Program-made: the position numbers and the translations under genes
Shown: positions 24,620 through 38,309 of the stretch, piece after piece
Layout of the letters: every line of letters begins with the position of its first letter
Position numbering within the stretch: position 1 is the stretch's first letter
Origin: the human T2T-CHM13v2.0 reference genome, Homo sapiens
Assembly (NCBI RefSeq): GCF_009914755.1
Contig: NC_060928.1
DNA: 64,000 nt
Direction: 5' to 3' (one strand)
The notes under the pieces: model-generated
The model's input: only the letters and a program-made list of their open reading frames with translations
What the model was told of the DNA's origin: nothing
The model's database searches: none

Positions 24620-27600
24620 TTTGAAAAAAAAATCATTTATTAGGCCCAATTTTTCAAAGCAATCAATTTTAATTGTTTCATGGACATAATAAAAATGTCT
24701 ATTAATATTTCAGGACATTTGAAGCTACAGAAGTTAGAGACTATTTTAGTCTCTGAATATTGTCATAATTCTGGAATCTGAAAATTCTAATGTTCTCTTA
24801 AATGGAATCTGCTAAACTTTCTCATAAGGACAAAATAATCATTTGAGTATGAAGCATTCTGCCAGCATTAAAGTAAATTATTGTCTTAAAAGCAGAAATC
24901 ACAGAGGAGTGAAAACTTATCCACCTTTCTATATCCTAAATGGCATTGACATTTGAGGACAGTTATTTACACGGAGGTTGTTATGTGCTGCTTAGTTTAC
25001 TTATCAAATGTCTATTTTAAATAACAGAATTCCAGAATTTGATTTCTGATAGTTTACAGTTATAAAAGTAATAAATGATATACAATTTTATTTATACCCA
25101 TGTCATTGGTCATAACCTCCAACTTAACTCTAAAACATTGCTTGTATTCTGACCTCCTTAAAGTCATCTTTTTCTTCATAACCCTCTTGTTAGCGTTTCT
25201 AAGCATGCCAGTTAACTCAATGGAATATTCATTGATACTACATTTCCACATGTACCAAATAATTATCATAAGAAGAATACACAGTAAAATGAACACCCTA
25301 ATCTGAGTTCTCTTGACTATCCACTGAGTCTTTCTTCTCTTCCCCTGTCCAACATGGCATGAAAATAGTAGTTGGCTATGTTCAAGGGACTACACAGTTT
25401 TGGACCAATATAATCTGAATAGAACAATTTTTACATTTCCTTCACATCCAGTTAGAAATAATAAGATATTATATCCTCACACACAAATCTCATTCTCCAA
25501 GACTAAATTCAAAATGAGCCTTTACTCTAAAATGCATGTAAAGTACTCCCACCCTAAGTCACCCCTTTTCTCTATATTAATATTTGATTTTCTTGTTTAT
25601 ATTTTCATAACCTTTTGATATTAAAAAATACATTTTTAAAACAACTGCTTATAATAGAATGTTTTATAAGAGAATGTTAAACCTGGAAATAGTCCTTATG
25701 ATTTCAACCAACCCATGGCAATAAATATGGCAAGTTTCTATGTCTCTTGGCATCCCAAGTGCACCAGAATTGCTTCCTTGGAAGTGTTATTTACCCACAT
25801 TATTTTTGAATTTTATAATTTTTCTTGTTTTATTAAACATATGTGATGACAAGCTCTGAATCAATGTGAACTGTATTACACACATGTGATAAACACACAA
25901 ATGCTCTGGGGCTCAGTTGATGTTTTTATGGGAATGTTCTACTCTGCTTGGTTAAGTTTCTTGGTGAATAAATTTTAGATCATATTGTAACTGAGTGGAA
26001 TTCAAAACAGAAAAAATACATATTTTATTAAACCTTACAGGCATTTTTAAAACACAAGACTCCACTTCTCTCACAAATTGAAATACAAGTCAAGATCTGC
26101 ATGTTCTATTGATTTATGTGATATAACAACGTCCCTTAATTCCTGCTCCTAGATGCCCAATCCATATAGGTAGCCCCTTTAAACCTCTGCATTTAGGTTG
26201 AGCAATGCCTGAAGTTCTGAGATAAATCATGCACTTAGTTCATTACACAGATGTTCTTTCTGTCAGGCTGGCTCTAGCCCAAGGCAGATAATTAGATTTT
26301 TGTCTTGTCCTAAGAACTGCCATGCCCTTGAGGATTCCGGTGTTTCTGCCTCGTTCTTTAGGTTTATTGCTTACCCAAATAGTATGCTAGATGTATTATA
26401 CATAGCATCTTATTTAACACAGAGGAAAGTGTTGAATTTCTTTCAGAGTAATTTGTTTTAAAATAATGGTAAAATTCTTAATTTAAAAGAGTGAATATTT
26501 GTCAAACTGTCACTTCATTTCCTTTAGTGAAGATTTTAGAACAGGTGGTGATAAAGAAATATATAGTGGATATGTGGTTGTTTGGGCTATTGCAAAGCAC
26601 ACTGATCTTTCTTTTACTCAGGCATACTTTCAAACTTTCTTGACATTTACATATATACATTCACATACACATACATTACAACAGTGCGTTATAAAATAGC
26701 TACTGCTATCAAGTGTGATGTACTGTGATTTTTAAATTCTATTCTAGTATATTCTTTTGAAAATTAGAAATGTACATATTGATTCTACAACTGACTAATA
26801 AGATACAATTCGCAGTTTGAAAGTGCTCTTCAAGTAAGTAGGATTTGACTTTAGGGATGGCTTAAGCTACTGGTGGTAAGGATAAATTCAAGGATTTGTC
26901 ACTAGAGCATGTAACTCGGTCACATCTCAGGAGATGAAAGTAAACTTTTACTAGGTCACGAGCATAGAGACCAGAGACTTTTTATTCATTTTGAACTTAA
27001 GGGTCACACTTTCATTTCAGAAGAGATAGTGGAGATCTGTAAAAATGTTAAGTTTTAATGACTTTATTGGTGCCACTGTATCAAGCTTTGTCTGGAATCA
27101 GTGATATTTCTGGATTTTCAGGTATGTATAACAATAAATGCATTTTACATCTAAGTGACTTTTTACTTTCAACTTTTACAAATTTTTTACACATATTTTT
27201 CAAAAGTTGATTTCAGAAAATAAAATTTAAATTATACTTTATAATTTTATCAACTAGACACCATTTAATTATGGAAAATATGACTGAAAAGAGACATAAT
27301 TTGTTCAAGGCTCTCAGTTAATGTGAACTATTTACACAGGTCACGAGGTGGATTCGTGCATTTTAAAATGATTGCTTGCTTCAGTAAAATATGGGTCAAT
27401 ACACATTGCTTTATTATAAAAAACAAGTTTCTGAGGAGAAAATTATTCTCAAATGACTCATAACTGCAAGTAATGAAAGCTGTATTTGTGAGGGCAGATG
27501 TCACACCTACTTGAAATGAAGATGGCACTTCTGCCATTTAAATGTGAACAGTCCCAGGATATTCTCTATGTGAACCTAAAGCCTATTGGAATAAATCTGG

Positions 27601-27999
27601 GAAAGAATTAATATTATCTGACAGATTATTTATAAATGCAGGAATAGAAGATCACCTGTGCCAGGAGAGGTATTCAAACAATTCCTGGGTCTAGTGAGGT
27701 GTCCTGTGTCACAAAGGAATTAGTGTCCATTCCATGCTAAGATAAGTTCCAAAGGAGAAAAATGAAACTCAGAGGTCTGGTGTTTGCAGACCAGTCAGAG
27801 AAATAAAAGGTTTTAAAAATTGTGAGATAAGTCTTATTTTAGAGATGACAGCATAAAATATGTATCCTGCTTACAACCCATTGTGGGATACTAGACACAG
27901 CACATTTTAGCACATACTTCTACTAAGGAGGGCATTTTCATAAACCACTAGACCTAACTGCTTATAAGAATATGTACTTATCTTTTAGAGTTTTTCTAG

Positions 28000-28200
28000 T
28001 AGATAAGGCAGCATGAAATAAAAAATACTTTCTGAATTCTAGTGTTGCCATTTAATGCTTTTGGGATCATTAAAGACTCTTTATGTTGCATCTAGAAAAA
28101 TGACAAAAATATCTAAAATTTTACTTATAATATTACAGGGTTTATTATGGTGATTATATGAAAATGTCATTAAAATGTTTTGTGATATGTAAAGCCTGAT
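28000..28200 (+). mobile_element. Highly diverged MIR
   Basis: catctagaaaaatg..acagggtttattatggtgattatatgaaaatg..aaaatgttttg follows the MIR 3' layout. Confidence 0.45.
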
Positions 28201-29199
28201 ATGACTTTATTATTTTACTAGATTTATACAATGAAACGTCCTGTGTTTGATCATTTCTCTGGATTTATACAATGAAAAGTTGTCCTGTCTTTGATCGATT
28301 CTCTGGAACTAGCAAGAAATAAAATAAACTATCAGTTCAGAGGGATAGATATGAAGGTTAAATTCCTGAGATTACTAAACCTGAAAACATATATGTTATC
28401 TACACTGGCAACAAAGAAGACTCCAGGGAAAATTGTGAAATGCCATTGGAAGTAAAGAGTTAATGACTATATGGAAAAGGAAAAAAATCCCAATAGATGA
28501 CTATTAATCACAAATACAACTTCTACCATCAGTCACAGAATAACGTAAGTAAAAAACATAATTGCCATCCATAATTTCGACATCATTGCTTTAGTTACAA
28601 AAGGTAGTTGTAATAATTTTAATAAAATTTCCCGAAGGTAAAAGGTGAGGGCTGCAAACGGAATGATTCCAAAGCTCAAGAATGACAAATCAGTTAGGCA
28701 CAGTGGTCTCTCCCCATATTCTATCAATCTAGGCATATATTCCTCCGTAATCTTGGCAGGAGTATAAAAGTTTATTTTCTGAGATATTGAGTGAGAGATG
28801 CTGCAGTTCAGGGAAAACAAAGCACAGAAAAATATAAATTATGGGGACTTGTCACAACAGGATGACTATATGAGTTTACATATTGAATAATGAGACTCTT
28901 TGCTAATGTGTCCTCCTGCTTGTACCATTTGGCCCAAAGATTGCTGTTGACAGGAATTTACTTTTTACCATAAAATTGAAGATTTTTTTTCCTGAAATAA
29001 TTGAACAACTCAGGAGGAAATATATATAGTTACAGATATTTACTGGTATCTCAGCATCATGCCTGCATTCCTGGTCAAGTAAACCAGTCCAAGATTCACC
29101 AATGCACACAAAACATCCAACTTATCATTACCTCATTATTAAATTCAAATAGGCAGAAAATAATTTTCAAACACTTGAGAAACTCTCCACTATGAAATA

Positions 29200-30830
29200 C
29201 TGTGATAAAATCAACCAAACAAGTAAAATACAAACACAGAGAAAGTAGAGACAACGCAGAAAACAGAAAAAAACTTTAAAAGATAATATACCGATCTCTC
29301 GAGGGTAATAATGAAAGATTTCTTAGAAGTTGAAAAGAAAATAGCTAGATTAACAAAATTACCCAATTTTATGTTTGGAAGCTACATTGAAGGAACATTC
29401 TCCCAAAGAATAAGAAACAAAAGCATATTTAAACTACCAGAAAATAGTAAGAATATTAATTAGAATATTGATACAAAAAATTCAATATCAAACTGATAAT
29501 TGTACCAGAAAGAAACACAGAATGAAAGGAAGAAACCTACCAATATGTAAAAACATATTTTACCATGCAAATGGTTTTATATTCCTAAATGAATCAGTAT
29601 ACTTCATCATATGAACAAACTTAAGCAAAAAAACCTCTCATCTCAAAAACTTCAAATAAATTATTCAACAAAATCCTGCATTCATTTCAAAAGAAAAAAT
29701 TCTCTGAAATCTAGTAATAGAAAGGAAATTCCTAAACATGATAAATGTAAATCTACAACACCAATAAATGCCGTCACTCAAAATGGTGAAAAAATGAATG
29801 ATTTCCCCTAAAATGAGAAACAAGTCAAAGATATCTCCTTTACACAGTTCTGTTTAACATCATTCTTTTGTTTCTAGCCAGTGCAAAAGGCAAGAAGAAG
29901 AATTAAAAGTCCTTCAAATTGAAAAGAAAAATAAAATCACATATGTCTTTATTTGTAGACCATGATTACATAGAAAACTTGTTGGAATCTACAGAAACCT
30001 AGTACAACTAGCAAGTGAGTGTTAACAGTTTGCAGGATACAAGATCAATATGTAAAATTCCTTTGAATTTATGTATAGTAGATACAAATGATCAAAAATT
30101 TAAAACATAAAATGTAGTCCCATCTAAAACAACTATAAAATGGGAAATACTACTCTGGTTTAGACATTTGTCCCCTCCAAACCTCATGTCAAAATTTAAT
30201 CCCCAGTGTTGGAGGCGGGTCTTCGTGGGAGGTGTTTGGGTCATGGGGATGGATCCTTATGAACAGATTAATGTTTCCCCTCAGATGTAAGTGAGTTCCC
30301 ATTCTGTTACTTCCTGTGAGAGCTAGTTATTAAAAATAGCCTGGTACCTCCCCCTCTCACTCTCTCTCTCTTGCTTTCACTGTCACCATGAGATCTCTGC
30401 ACATGCTGAGTCCCATTCACCTTTCATTATAAGTAGAAGCAGCCTGAGGTCCTTGCCAGATGCACAGGCCCAATCTCAAACTTTCCAGGCATCAGGATCA
30501 TAAGCCAAATAAATTTCTTTTATGAATTATCCAGCATGAGCTGTTCTTTTATAGCAACGCAAACAGACTAAGATAAAACAAAATCTGACAAATTGCCCAA
30601 GAACTGTACACTAAAAACTATAAAACATTTCTGAGAAAAACTAAAAACCTAAAGAAAGAGATATACCTTATTGAAGGGTCTGAGAACCCACTATTGTCCA
30701 TTGCTATTCCTTTTAAATTGATCTATAAAATTAATGTAATTCCAATCAAAATCCTAGTTAGGCTTTTTGTAGAAATTGATAAGTTAATTACAAATTTTAC
30801 AAAAAAACCCAAAATATCTAGAATAGTTAG
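29200..30830 (+). mobile_element. Old L1M fragments (ORF1-like then ORF2), split by an MST LTR
   Basis: ORF2-like text such as aatagaaaggaaattcctaaacatgataaa..aatggtgaaaaaatgaatgatttcccctaa, gcaggatacaagatcaata and aattccaatcaaaatcc..tagaaattgataag. Confidence 0.75.
30151..30575 (+). mobile_element. MSTB-type solo LTR
   Basis: Runs tactctggtttagacatttgtcccctccaaacctcatg..tttatagcaacgcaaacagactaagata. Confidence 0.85.
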
Positions 30831-32334
30831 GGAGAAACAACACTGAAAAGAAGGCCACCTTTTATTAAAATCATCCATCCTCTTTTATGGGTGGAGAGTA
30901 AGGATAGGAGGAGGTCTGTCTGAAAAAGGTCTACCTTAAACCTCTTTGAACCAAGGTTTCTCTGCTTTTCTCATTATATTCTCTCCTAAATGCCCTATAC
31001 AGCAGCCTGAGTGTTGGCACCAAACCCTAGTACGGTCAGGTACTGCCTATCCTAAGGCAAAAACCAAGAAAACTAAGAGCAGCTTTCCAACTGCCTTATT
31101 ATTATTGTTTTAAGAAACACGCTGTTGCAGACTGTAGTAACCCACATAGTCAAACATGCAAAAATTCAAAGAGCCATTTTAACTTAGGGTAGCCTTACAG
31201 CTTTTTAAAATTTGTTCTCTAGAATTTCTTCAGTGGCTGACCATGTGGGAGGGAGCCTGTTTAAATTCAGCATCTTGTAAGAAATTAGAACAGACATTTA
31301 AAAGATTATTTTTTTCAAAGTGATTTATAACCTTGGAAGGATGTGATTCTGAAACTGCCTGAACCACCTTTCCTGGCTGTGTCAAGGAAGCTTGTCCGCA
31401 GGATAATAGAAAAAAGAAGAGTACAGCAGAAACATTTCTAAGGCATTAAGGTATGTGGGTATGTGCACATTTGTAAGAATGAGAGAGAGAAAGAGAAATC
31501 CAGTGACCTTTTTCTGAAGCTGGATATTGTTACATTGCTATCCCCAGTGCAACCCTGGATTTCCCAATTACTGTGACAAACTTCCTACTCAATCTGAGTT
31601 AAATTTCTGGCTCTGGCAACAATAGAGTGTGGCTTAATGAGCAAGATATTTCTAGATGGGGCTAAAGTTGATATGCTTTTTGTGACACTTTTCAAAGTGT
31701 AAGTACCAAGTGACAATCGACTCTGCCTCTCTTTAGCCTGTCCAGGCCTGATATCACAATGACTGACTGAAAATTATTTGAAAGATACATGCTACGAAAT
31801 TTCCAAGAACATCTGAAAGTACTGGGTTATTAATAATGTATGATTCATATTAGAAATCAGTATATATTTTGTTTCAGTTTGTTATCATGCCTATTTGATA
31901 CCTATTTCTTCGGTATCAGATTTTGATTGTTATTATGTATACTATTTTAAATTGACTAAATAAAATTTTTAACATAGCATATTTTTTAGTTTCCAAAATA
32001 AAGAAATTGCATTGTAGTACACTTGACATACCAGAGACACAGTTGATTTATGAGACTTAGCATTAAACTCATCTGAAGATCTCTTTTGTTTTCTCTTACT
32101 GTATATACAAGACACTTAATTAATATCCCCTCCATCTCCCTCCCCTTACAGCTAGGATATGTGCCCAGGATTTAGTGATGACAACCATATTTGGAGACCA
32201 GAGGATGTGGAGACAACAGAGTTAACCCTGAGATTCTGACCTTTGTATTAATCAGGCACCAGGATCAATAAAGAAAAGAATTATCCCATTGAAGCTCATC
32301 TCTGAGGGATTGTCACAGCATGTAGCTGGACAAG

Positions 32335-32745
32335 TGTATTAGTTCATTCTCACACTGCTATACAGAAATACTTGAGACTGGGTAACTCATAAAGAAAATA
32401 AATTTAATTGACTCATAATTCTGCAGGCTGTACAGGAAGCATAGTGGCTTCTACATCTGGGGAAGCCTCAGGAAACTTACAATCATGGCAGAAGGCAAAG
32501 TGGGAGCAGCATCTTCACATGGCTAGAGCAGGAGGAGGAGAACTGCTACATACTTTAAAACCACCAGATCATGTGATAACTCACTCACTCACTATCATAA
32601 GAACAGCACAGAATGGATGATGATAAACCATTCAGGAGAACTCTCCCCTTTTGGTCCAATCACCTCCCATCAGGCCCCACCTCCAACCCTGGGGATTACA
32701 ACTCAACATGAGATTTGGGTGGGGACAGAAATCCAAACCATGTCA
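32335..32745 (-). mobile_element. MSTA/B solo LTR
   Basis: Runs tgtattagttcattctcacactgctata..gagatttgggtggggacagaaatccaaaccatgtca. Confidence 0.9.
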
Positions 32746-34619
32746 ATGAAACCGAGTGTTATTTACCCACAGGGCTGCCGTATTTTAAGGCCTACCTTGG
32801 CACAATCCCCTCCTTGAGACACCTGTGAGTTCCTGCCAAAATGTTCGCAAACTTGCTAATTCCTGCCTCTTTTTTGTGGGAGGTAAAAGTGTACTATCCA
32901 TCAGTTGGTTCTGTGTCCTCCAATATCTGAGTGATAAACATTCTGGGATTTTGTGAGTTCCTGTTTCCTTGGGGAGGTAAGAGGATAAAAAGGACTTACG
33001 TGCATACCTGATGAAATGTCAGGCGATATCCTGTACCATATTAGAGGATAAAACCATGAGAAACTGGTCTGGATGATAATCTTGGCAATATGGGATTTGG
33101 GGTACTACTGTGAAGTGACATTGATTGTACTCAAAGCTTTAAGAGCTGGAGACACATACATGTGTTGTGCACGCACACACACACACACACACACATATGT
33201 ATAGTATCCCAATGCTTGGATTATGATGGTTGCTTATTGAATGATAGCAATCAGAGTTGTTACTGTTATTATTACCATTACTGATACTACTAATACTGCT
33301 GTCACTATAGTTTTACCTTAGCCATACTCAGATTATGTTTTACGGAAATAATAATGATTAATCTATAAACTCACTAGCTAGTTCAGTCTTCCATTCCACA
33401 GAGAACTTCACCAGCATAGCGTCCTACAACATAAAACAGTATGCTTTATTTCATGACACACTTTACAAATTTTTATTAAATGACAGAATGAATTCTAAAT
33501 GTTGACAAAATTGTTCTGAGGTATGCATTCCACATGGCTATGAATCCACATGATTCTGTCATTATGAATGGAAAAGAAAATGAAACAACTAATTCGAGCT
33601 AGTGTTATTTTAATTCAACTTTGGACTTGTCCATGCTTTGAATTTTAAAAGCCAGCTCTCTTGTTTTTCGACATGGTTCTTATAAATGCAACTTTGTTTG
33701 ACTCTGTCATAGGCAGCATTAAGATGGAAGTTACAGATGTTCTTAGACTGCGCTTACTTAAGCATTGCCAGCCACTTGAGGGTGGCTCTTGGCAAGGGCA
33801 AAGCTGTCAAAACTCACAGGTTGTGCCCATATGCGAAGGCTTGTGCCTTTTACTACATCTCCTTTAATTTCAAACATTTTGGAACCAGTGGCTCAGAACA
33901 CAATATCCTGTAGAGCTGGGCTCATACTTCAGTGAAAGGGAACAACTTTGCAGATGATCAACTTTTACAATTTCTGTTCATCGTGTGGTTGATAGAGAAA
34001 CAATGAAAATAGACAGTGTATTCTTTTCTCCTGCTTTATCTTATTTTAATCCGGGGTCATGTAAAACTTGCTAAATCAGTTGGGTTTACAAGTTTTCAGG
34101 TGAAACTACTGTTGTTCCTGTACTTTTCCTGTGAAGGTTACAGAATTTTTCCACAGGCCCCACCTCTCCCTATTCTAGGCCAGTGAGCTGAGAACAATCA
34201 GAAAGATATGACCGGCTGCTGGATTTTACCCTGTGATTATGAAGATGAAGGGAAGATATGTGTCTAAGTGATGTTTTCTTACTGTAATTAGAAAGAAGTA
34301 CAATTAAAATTTCTACTTACTTTAAAATAATCTCAAACAGCTCTATTTTATGCAGCTATGAGTCTCTACCTGGAAATTTATACTGTTGTTTGGCTGCTAT
34401 GTAACTGACTTGAGGCAAATGGTTAAAAAATAGCACAAAGTACACAACATCAGTAAAACCTAATGAAACAAATTTTGCAAATGATAGGAGCCCTGATAAT
34501 ACATGAGAAAGAAGAGAAAGAATATGAGACACTATTGTATGAGAATGGCTGAAAGTATTACTATATACAACAAAAGATGGTAATAAAACATTTGTGTATA
34601 AACTTAAATATATTAGATT

Positions 34620-35005
34620 GGAACACACAAAAATTAGATCTTTTTAAAAAACCAATGGTTTAATATTGATTTTACAATAGTGCTGAGATGAAGGACTTTG
34701 GAATTCCAATTTTTGGAAACAGCAGCAGTTAGGTACAATCAATACATTCATGAGGTGAAGATACTGCCTAGGGGAAGCTCTCTGGCCCAGATTTGTCTCT
34801 GTCTCTGAAAATATTTTTGAAAGGTTCTTCACTTTTAAGGACCTATTTCATTAGGTTGATTCCTAATCAAAGATAATCTCCTAATCTTGTGATCCTTAAT
34901 TTAATCAAATATTCAAAGTACCTTTCACCATGTAGAATAGCATTTCTGCAGATTCTACAGATTGACATGTGAACATCTTTGGGAACCTTAATTCTGACTA
35001 TCATA
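34620..35005 (-). mobile_element. MLT1-family LTR fragment
   Basis: Contains cacttttaaggacc..gataatctcc..gatccttaatttaatca..catgtgaacatctttggg..attctgactatcata. Confidence 0.65.
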
Positions 35006-35138
35006 CTTAGATTTGTTTATTTTTCTTTTGGTGGGTTCTGCTAGGTAAATTAGTATAACCTTGAGTGTATGTGTGATTATTAGAGTAAGGTGTAACATAT
35101 TAGCAAGTTTTATAGAATTTATCTCAGATAATTCTTAG

Positions 35139-35142
<4 letters not shown>

Positions 35143-35172
<30 letters not shown>
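35143..35172. repeat. (TA)n microsatellite
   Basis: About 15 uninterrupted TA units. Confidence 0.95.
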
Positions 35173-35175
<3 letters not shown>

Positions 35176-35419
35176 AGAAATATGCTCTTATGCTTGTTAT
35201 ATAATAACATTTTATATAATTGCACATAGATTTTAGTAATTAGTTCTTACGAATTGTTATGTTTGTATAGTATGTTATATCAATAAGTATTTATTTGTAT
35301 GAAGATGTCAATTGAAAGCAGCAAGAAAGTAATATATGAGAAGCACATACCATGTGGAAGCCATACATATGCTTCCATATGTATGGAAAATGCTAAGTCG
35401 AATTTTCTTTAATTTTTGC

Positions 35420-35560
35420 TTTCTACATTTTACAGAGAAAAGTATTAAGGCTTAGAGAAGTTTTTAAAAAAATATTGCCTGATTTCTACAGGATGGAAAT
35501 GCTGAAGTCTGGATTTAAATCCAAACAAGTTGGGCTTTAAAAAAACCATATTCTTTCTAA
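35420..35560 (-). mobile_element. MIR
   Basis: cattttacagagaa..taaggcttagagaagt..ggatttaaatccaa is the reverse MIR core. Confidence 0.65.
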
Positions 35561-36959
35561 AATACAGCACTACCACCACTGGATATCAAATGTTCTTTGG
35601 AAAATTTAAGTCACCTTTAACATTAATTCCAACAGGCTTCCAAAATAGTTATGTGAATGGATTAAGCTATAATATGATTCAGTCAGTATCTTTCATGACC
35701 ACTTTATTTAGTCTATGAATGGATATATTTGCTAGGTTCTAATTTTCTGAGGTTGCAAACCAATTACCTAATTTCAGTTGCTGGAATGGTGTGGTGCATA
35801 TTTGACAAATAAAAGAACAGTGCACACTTTTACATTGTGGTCTCTGAAGATCAGTTATATAATGATTTTTTCCATCTGCTGGAAAATATTACAATTATTG
35901 TCTCATCAAACACTCTGTTACACTTCAAGTAAAACTTCAAGCAAGGATTCTATGCTATTTTGGTGTATGATTTCCTTGAAAACCATTATTGATAAATATA
36001 ATGATTCAGTCATAACACATATGCTTTAAATAAAAGTATAACACTAATATTCTACATTCTATGCATGTAGAAATGTTGCTGTTTGGATTATTTTTTTTCC
36101 TGGTCTAGCTAGATTAATATTTTAAAATTAGTATCTCACAATAGAATTTATGGAAAATTCTTTTTTATCTGACCATTCCCTGGACTACTTGTCTTTAGAT
36201 CTAGACTATTTTGAATAGGAAAAGGAATAAAGGGCATTAGAAAACCAACAGAGGAAAGAAGAGAAAGAAAACTTAAATAGAACGAAAAATCATTATGAAA
36301 TTAAATAAGGTAAAGGTAAAGATAAAGAAGGAATAAATGGAAAGAAATACGGCAAAGAAAGAGACTTTTCCAGACTCATTTTTGTAAATAATCTGTGACA
36401 GCTCACCTTGTGGAAGTGGAGTGGATGCCCAGGGCTGGAGTTGATTGGCAGCTTTGACTTTGTCTTGGGAATATCTCCCAGCAGTTGCTATTTTTACACA
36501 GCGGCTTGCTCTTAGTGGGGCCAATCAGAATTGTCTCAAAGATGATCTGGCAACGCCCAGATTCTTAGGAACTATTAAATAGGAACGCAAATAATAGTTT
36601 TTTCTGGAACTATGAAAAAAAAATAGTAGGAGGTTTAATACTATGGCTAAGGTTTAGTACTCACAATACTAAGTCAGAGTACAAGAGGCTAAGCAAACAT
36701 TAAGAATGACCTCTTGGTGCTTTCTTCATTAACTACATAGGTTTTTCAATGTTTATTTTCCCCTCAACCTACTTCAGTGGCTTCTTGGCACACACACAAA
36801 AAAATGTGAGTTAAAACTTGGTGTATATAATGTACAGATCCCATGAAGTTATTCATTTTATTTTAAAACTGTTGAAAAATTATCACAGCCAAAAAGAGGC
36901 AGGCTCTGCCATAGGAATTAGGAGAAAATGAAGTGTATAAAGGAAAACCTAAGAGCTTA

Positions 36960-37200
36960 AAAATGAAGAGATCTGTGTATAAATCTTGGCTCAGTTTCTT
37001 ACTGGCTGTGTGGCTTTGAATAAATTGAATGTGACCTTGAATAAATTACTTATTTTTCTGAGTCTGAGTTTCTTAATATAGAAAATAAAATAATAATATG
37101 TACTTATTATGATCACTATAGAATTAAGAAAGATAGCATATAAAAGTGCCTATTATAATAAATACATTGTCACTGCTAACACTAGGTGACTATTATTATA
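36960..37200 (+). mobile_element. MIR
   Basis: Contains aatcttggctc..cttactggctgtgtg..tgtgaccttgaataaattactta..ctgagtctgagtttctt..aaaataataat. Confidence 0.75.
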
Positions 37201-38309
37201 ATTGATATTTTAAAAATAATGGATGAAAAGGTAACTTCCACAGTGATTGCTTGAATAGCCAAAAAATTTCACATAGTTTCATTCCTTTTGGCACAATGAA
37301 ATATTCAGGTAAATTCCTTAGAAAACCCTAAATATTAACAGCCATTTTTCTAATACTGAGAAAAAATACCCTCTTTTGTCTTTTTTTGTCAACTCTGTCT
37401 CTAGCATCACATTGTCAGAGCATGAAGAAGCATTGGAACACACCATCATCCATAAATTTATCTAATAAAATGAAAATAACAAATGTTTATTAAATATGAA
37501 GTTTATGCATTAGAAGTTGAGAAACCATATAGGATTGAATGTAGACCCTGGAAACATATTATTATCACCTTCCTGTTTTCAATTAAAAACATTTTTTGTC
37601 TGTCTAAAGCTTAGTATCTTTTGATATTATGATAAAAATAAATATCTGCTTTGTTCAGCAGCAAGATTTGGACAAAAAATTCAATTAACTCTGAGAAAGC
37701 ATTTTCTTTTTTGTTTTCCTAACTTAATAACAATCTTTTTCTTTCACTAGAAGTCCTTTTGTAGTGATGTACAGGCTCAATATGTTCTATAGATAACACA
37801 ACATAAGATGAAAATGTGCAGAAATAAAATAAATGGTGTATGAAGATCATCTGTTGTCCGCAGGCAGTGCATTGGCAGCAATTCCGTTTGCTTTACTGCA
37901 GTCTTGACAGGCATCCTGCTCCCTGATGGCAGTGCTAACATGCTTTGGCAGTAGCTGCAAAAGCAGCTTTGGGTGATTAAATCTCAGTCTTTTTGTCAGG
38001 AAACTGTCTGTGATGTCTTTTCTGAAAACGACATTATGTCTTATTACAAACCATTTTACTTCTCCATAGACAGGCATTACCAATTAAAAGTGTTCATAAA
38101 ACATGTTTCATTGTTCAGGTCCTTTACCTTTTCTATTTTAGGTGACAGTGTGGTTTACATGCTCATTAGGAAGAAGCTAAAAATATAGAAATTTTTTTTT
38201 CTGTGAACACTGAATTATTCATATGACTTGAAATCTAAATGTATATGCTTATTTTGTTTTCTTTATAAGCAAGATAATGAAATTTATTATTGCTCTTCTG
38301 GATTTAAGG

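Noticed and set aside
27330-27560. AP-1 (TGACTCA) and E-box motifs in unique sequence
   Set aside because: Isolated short motifs at about chance frequency with no other support.
32140-32960. Possible older ERVL LTR flanking the MST LTR
   Set aside because: Too diverged for me to assign a family or boundaries by eye.
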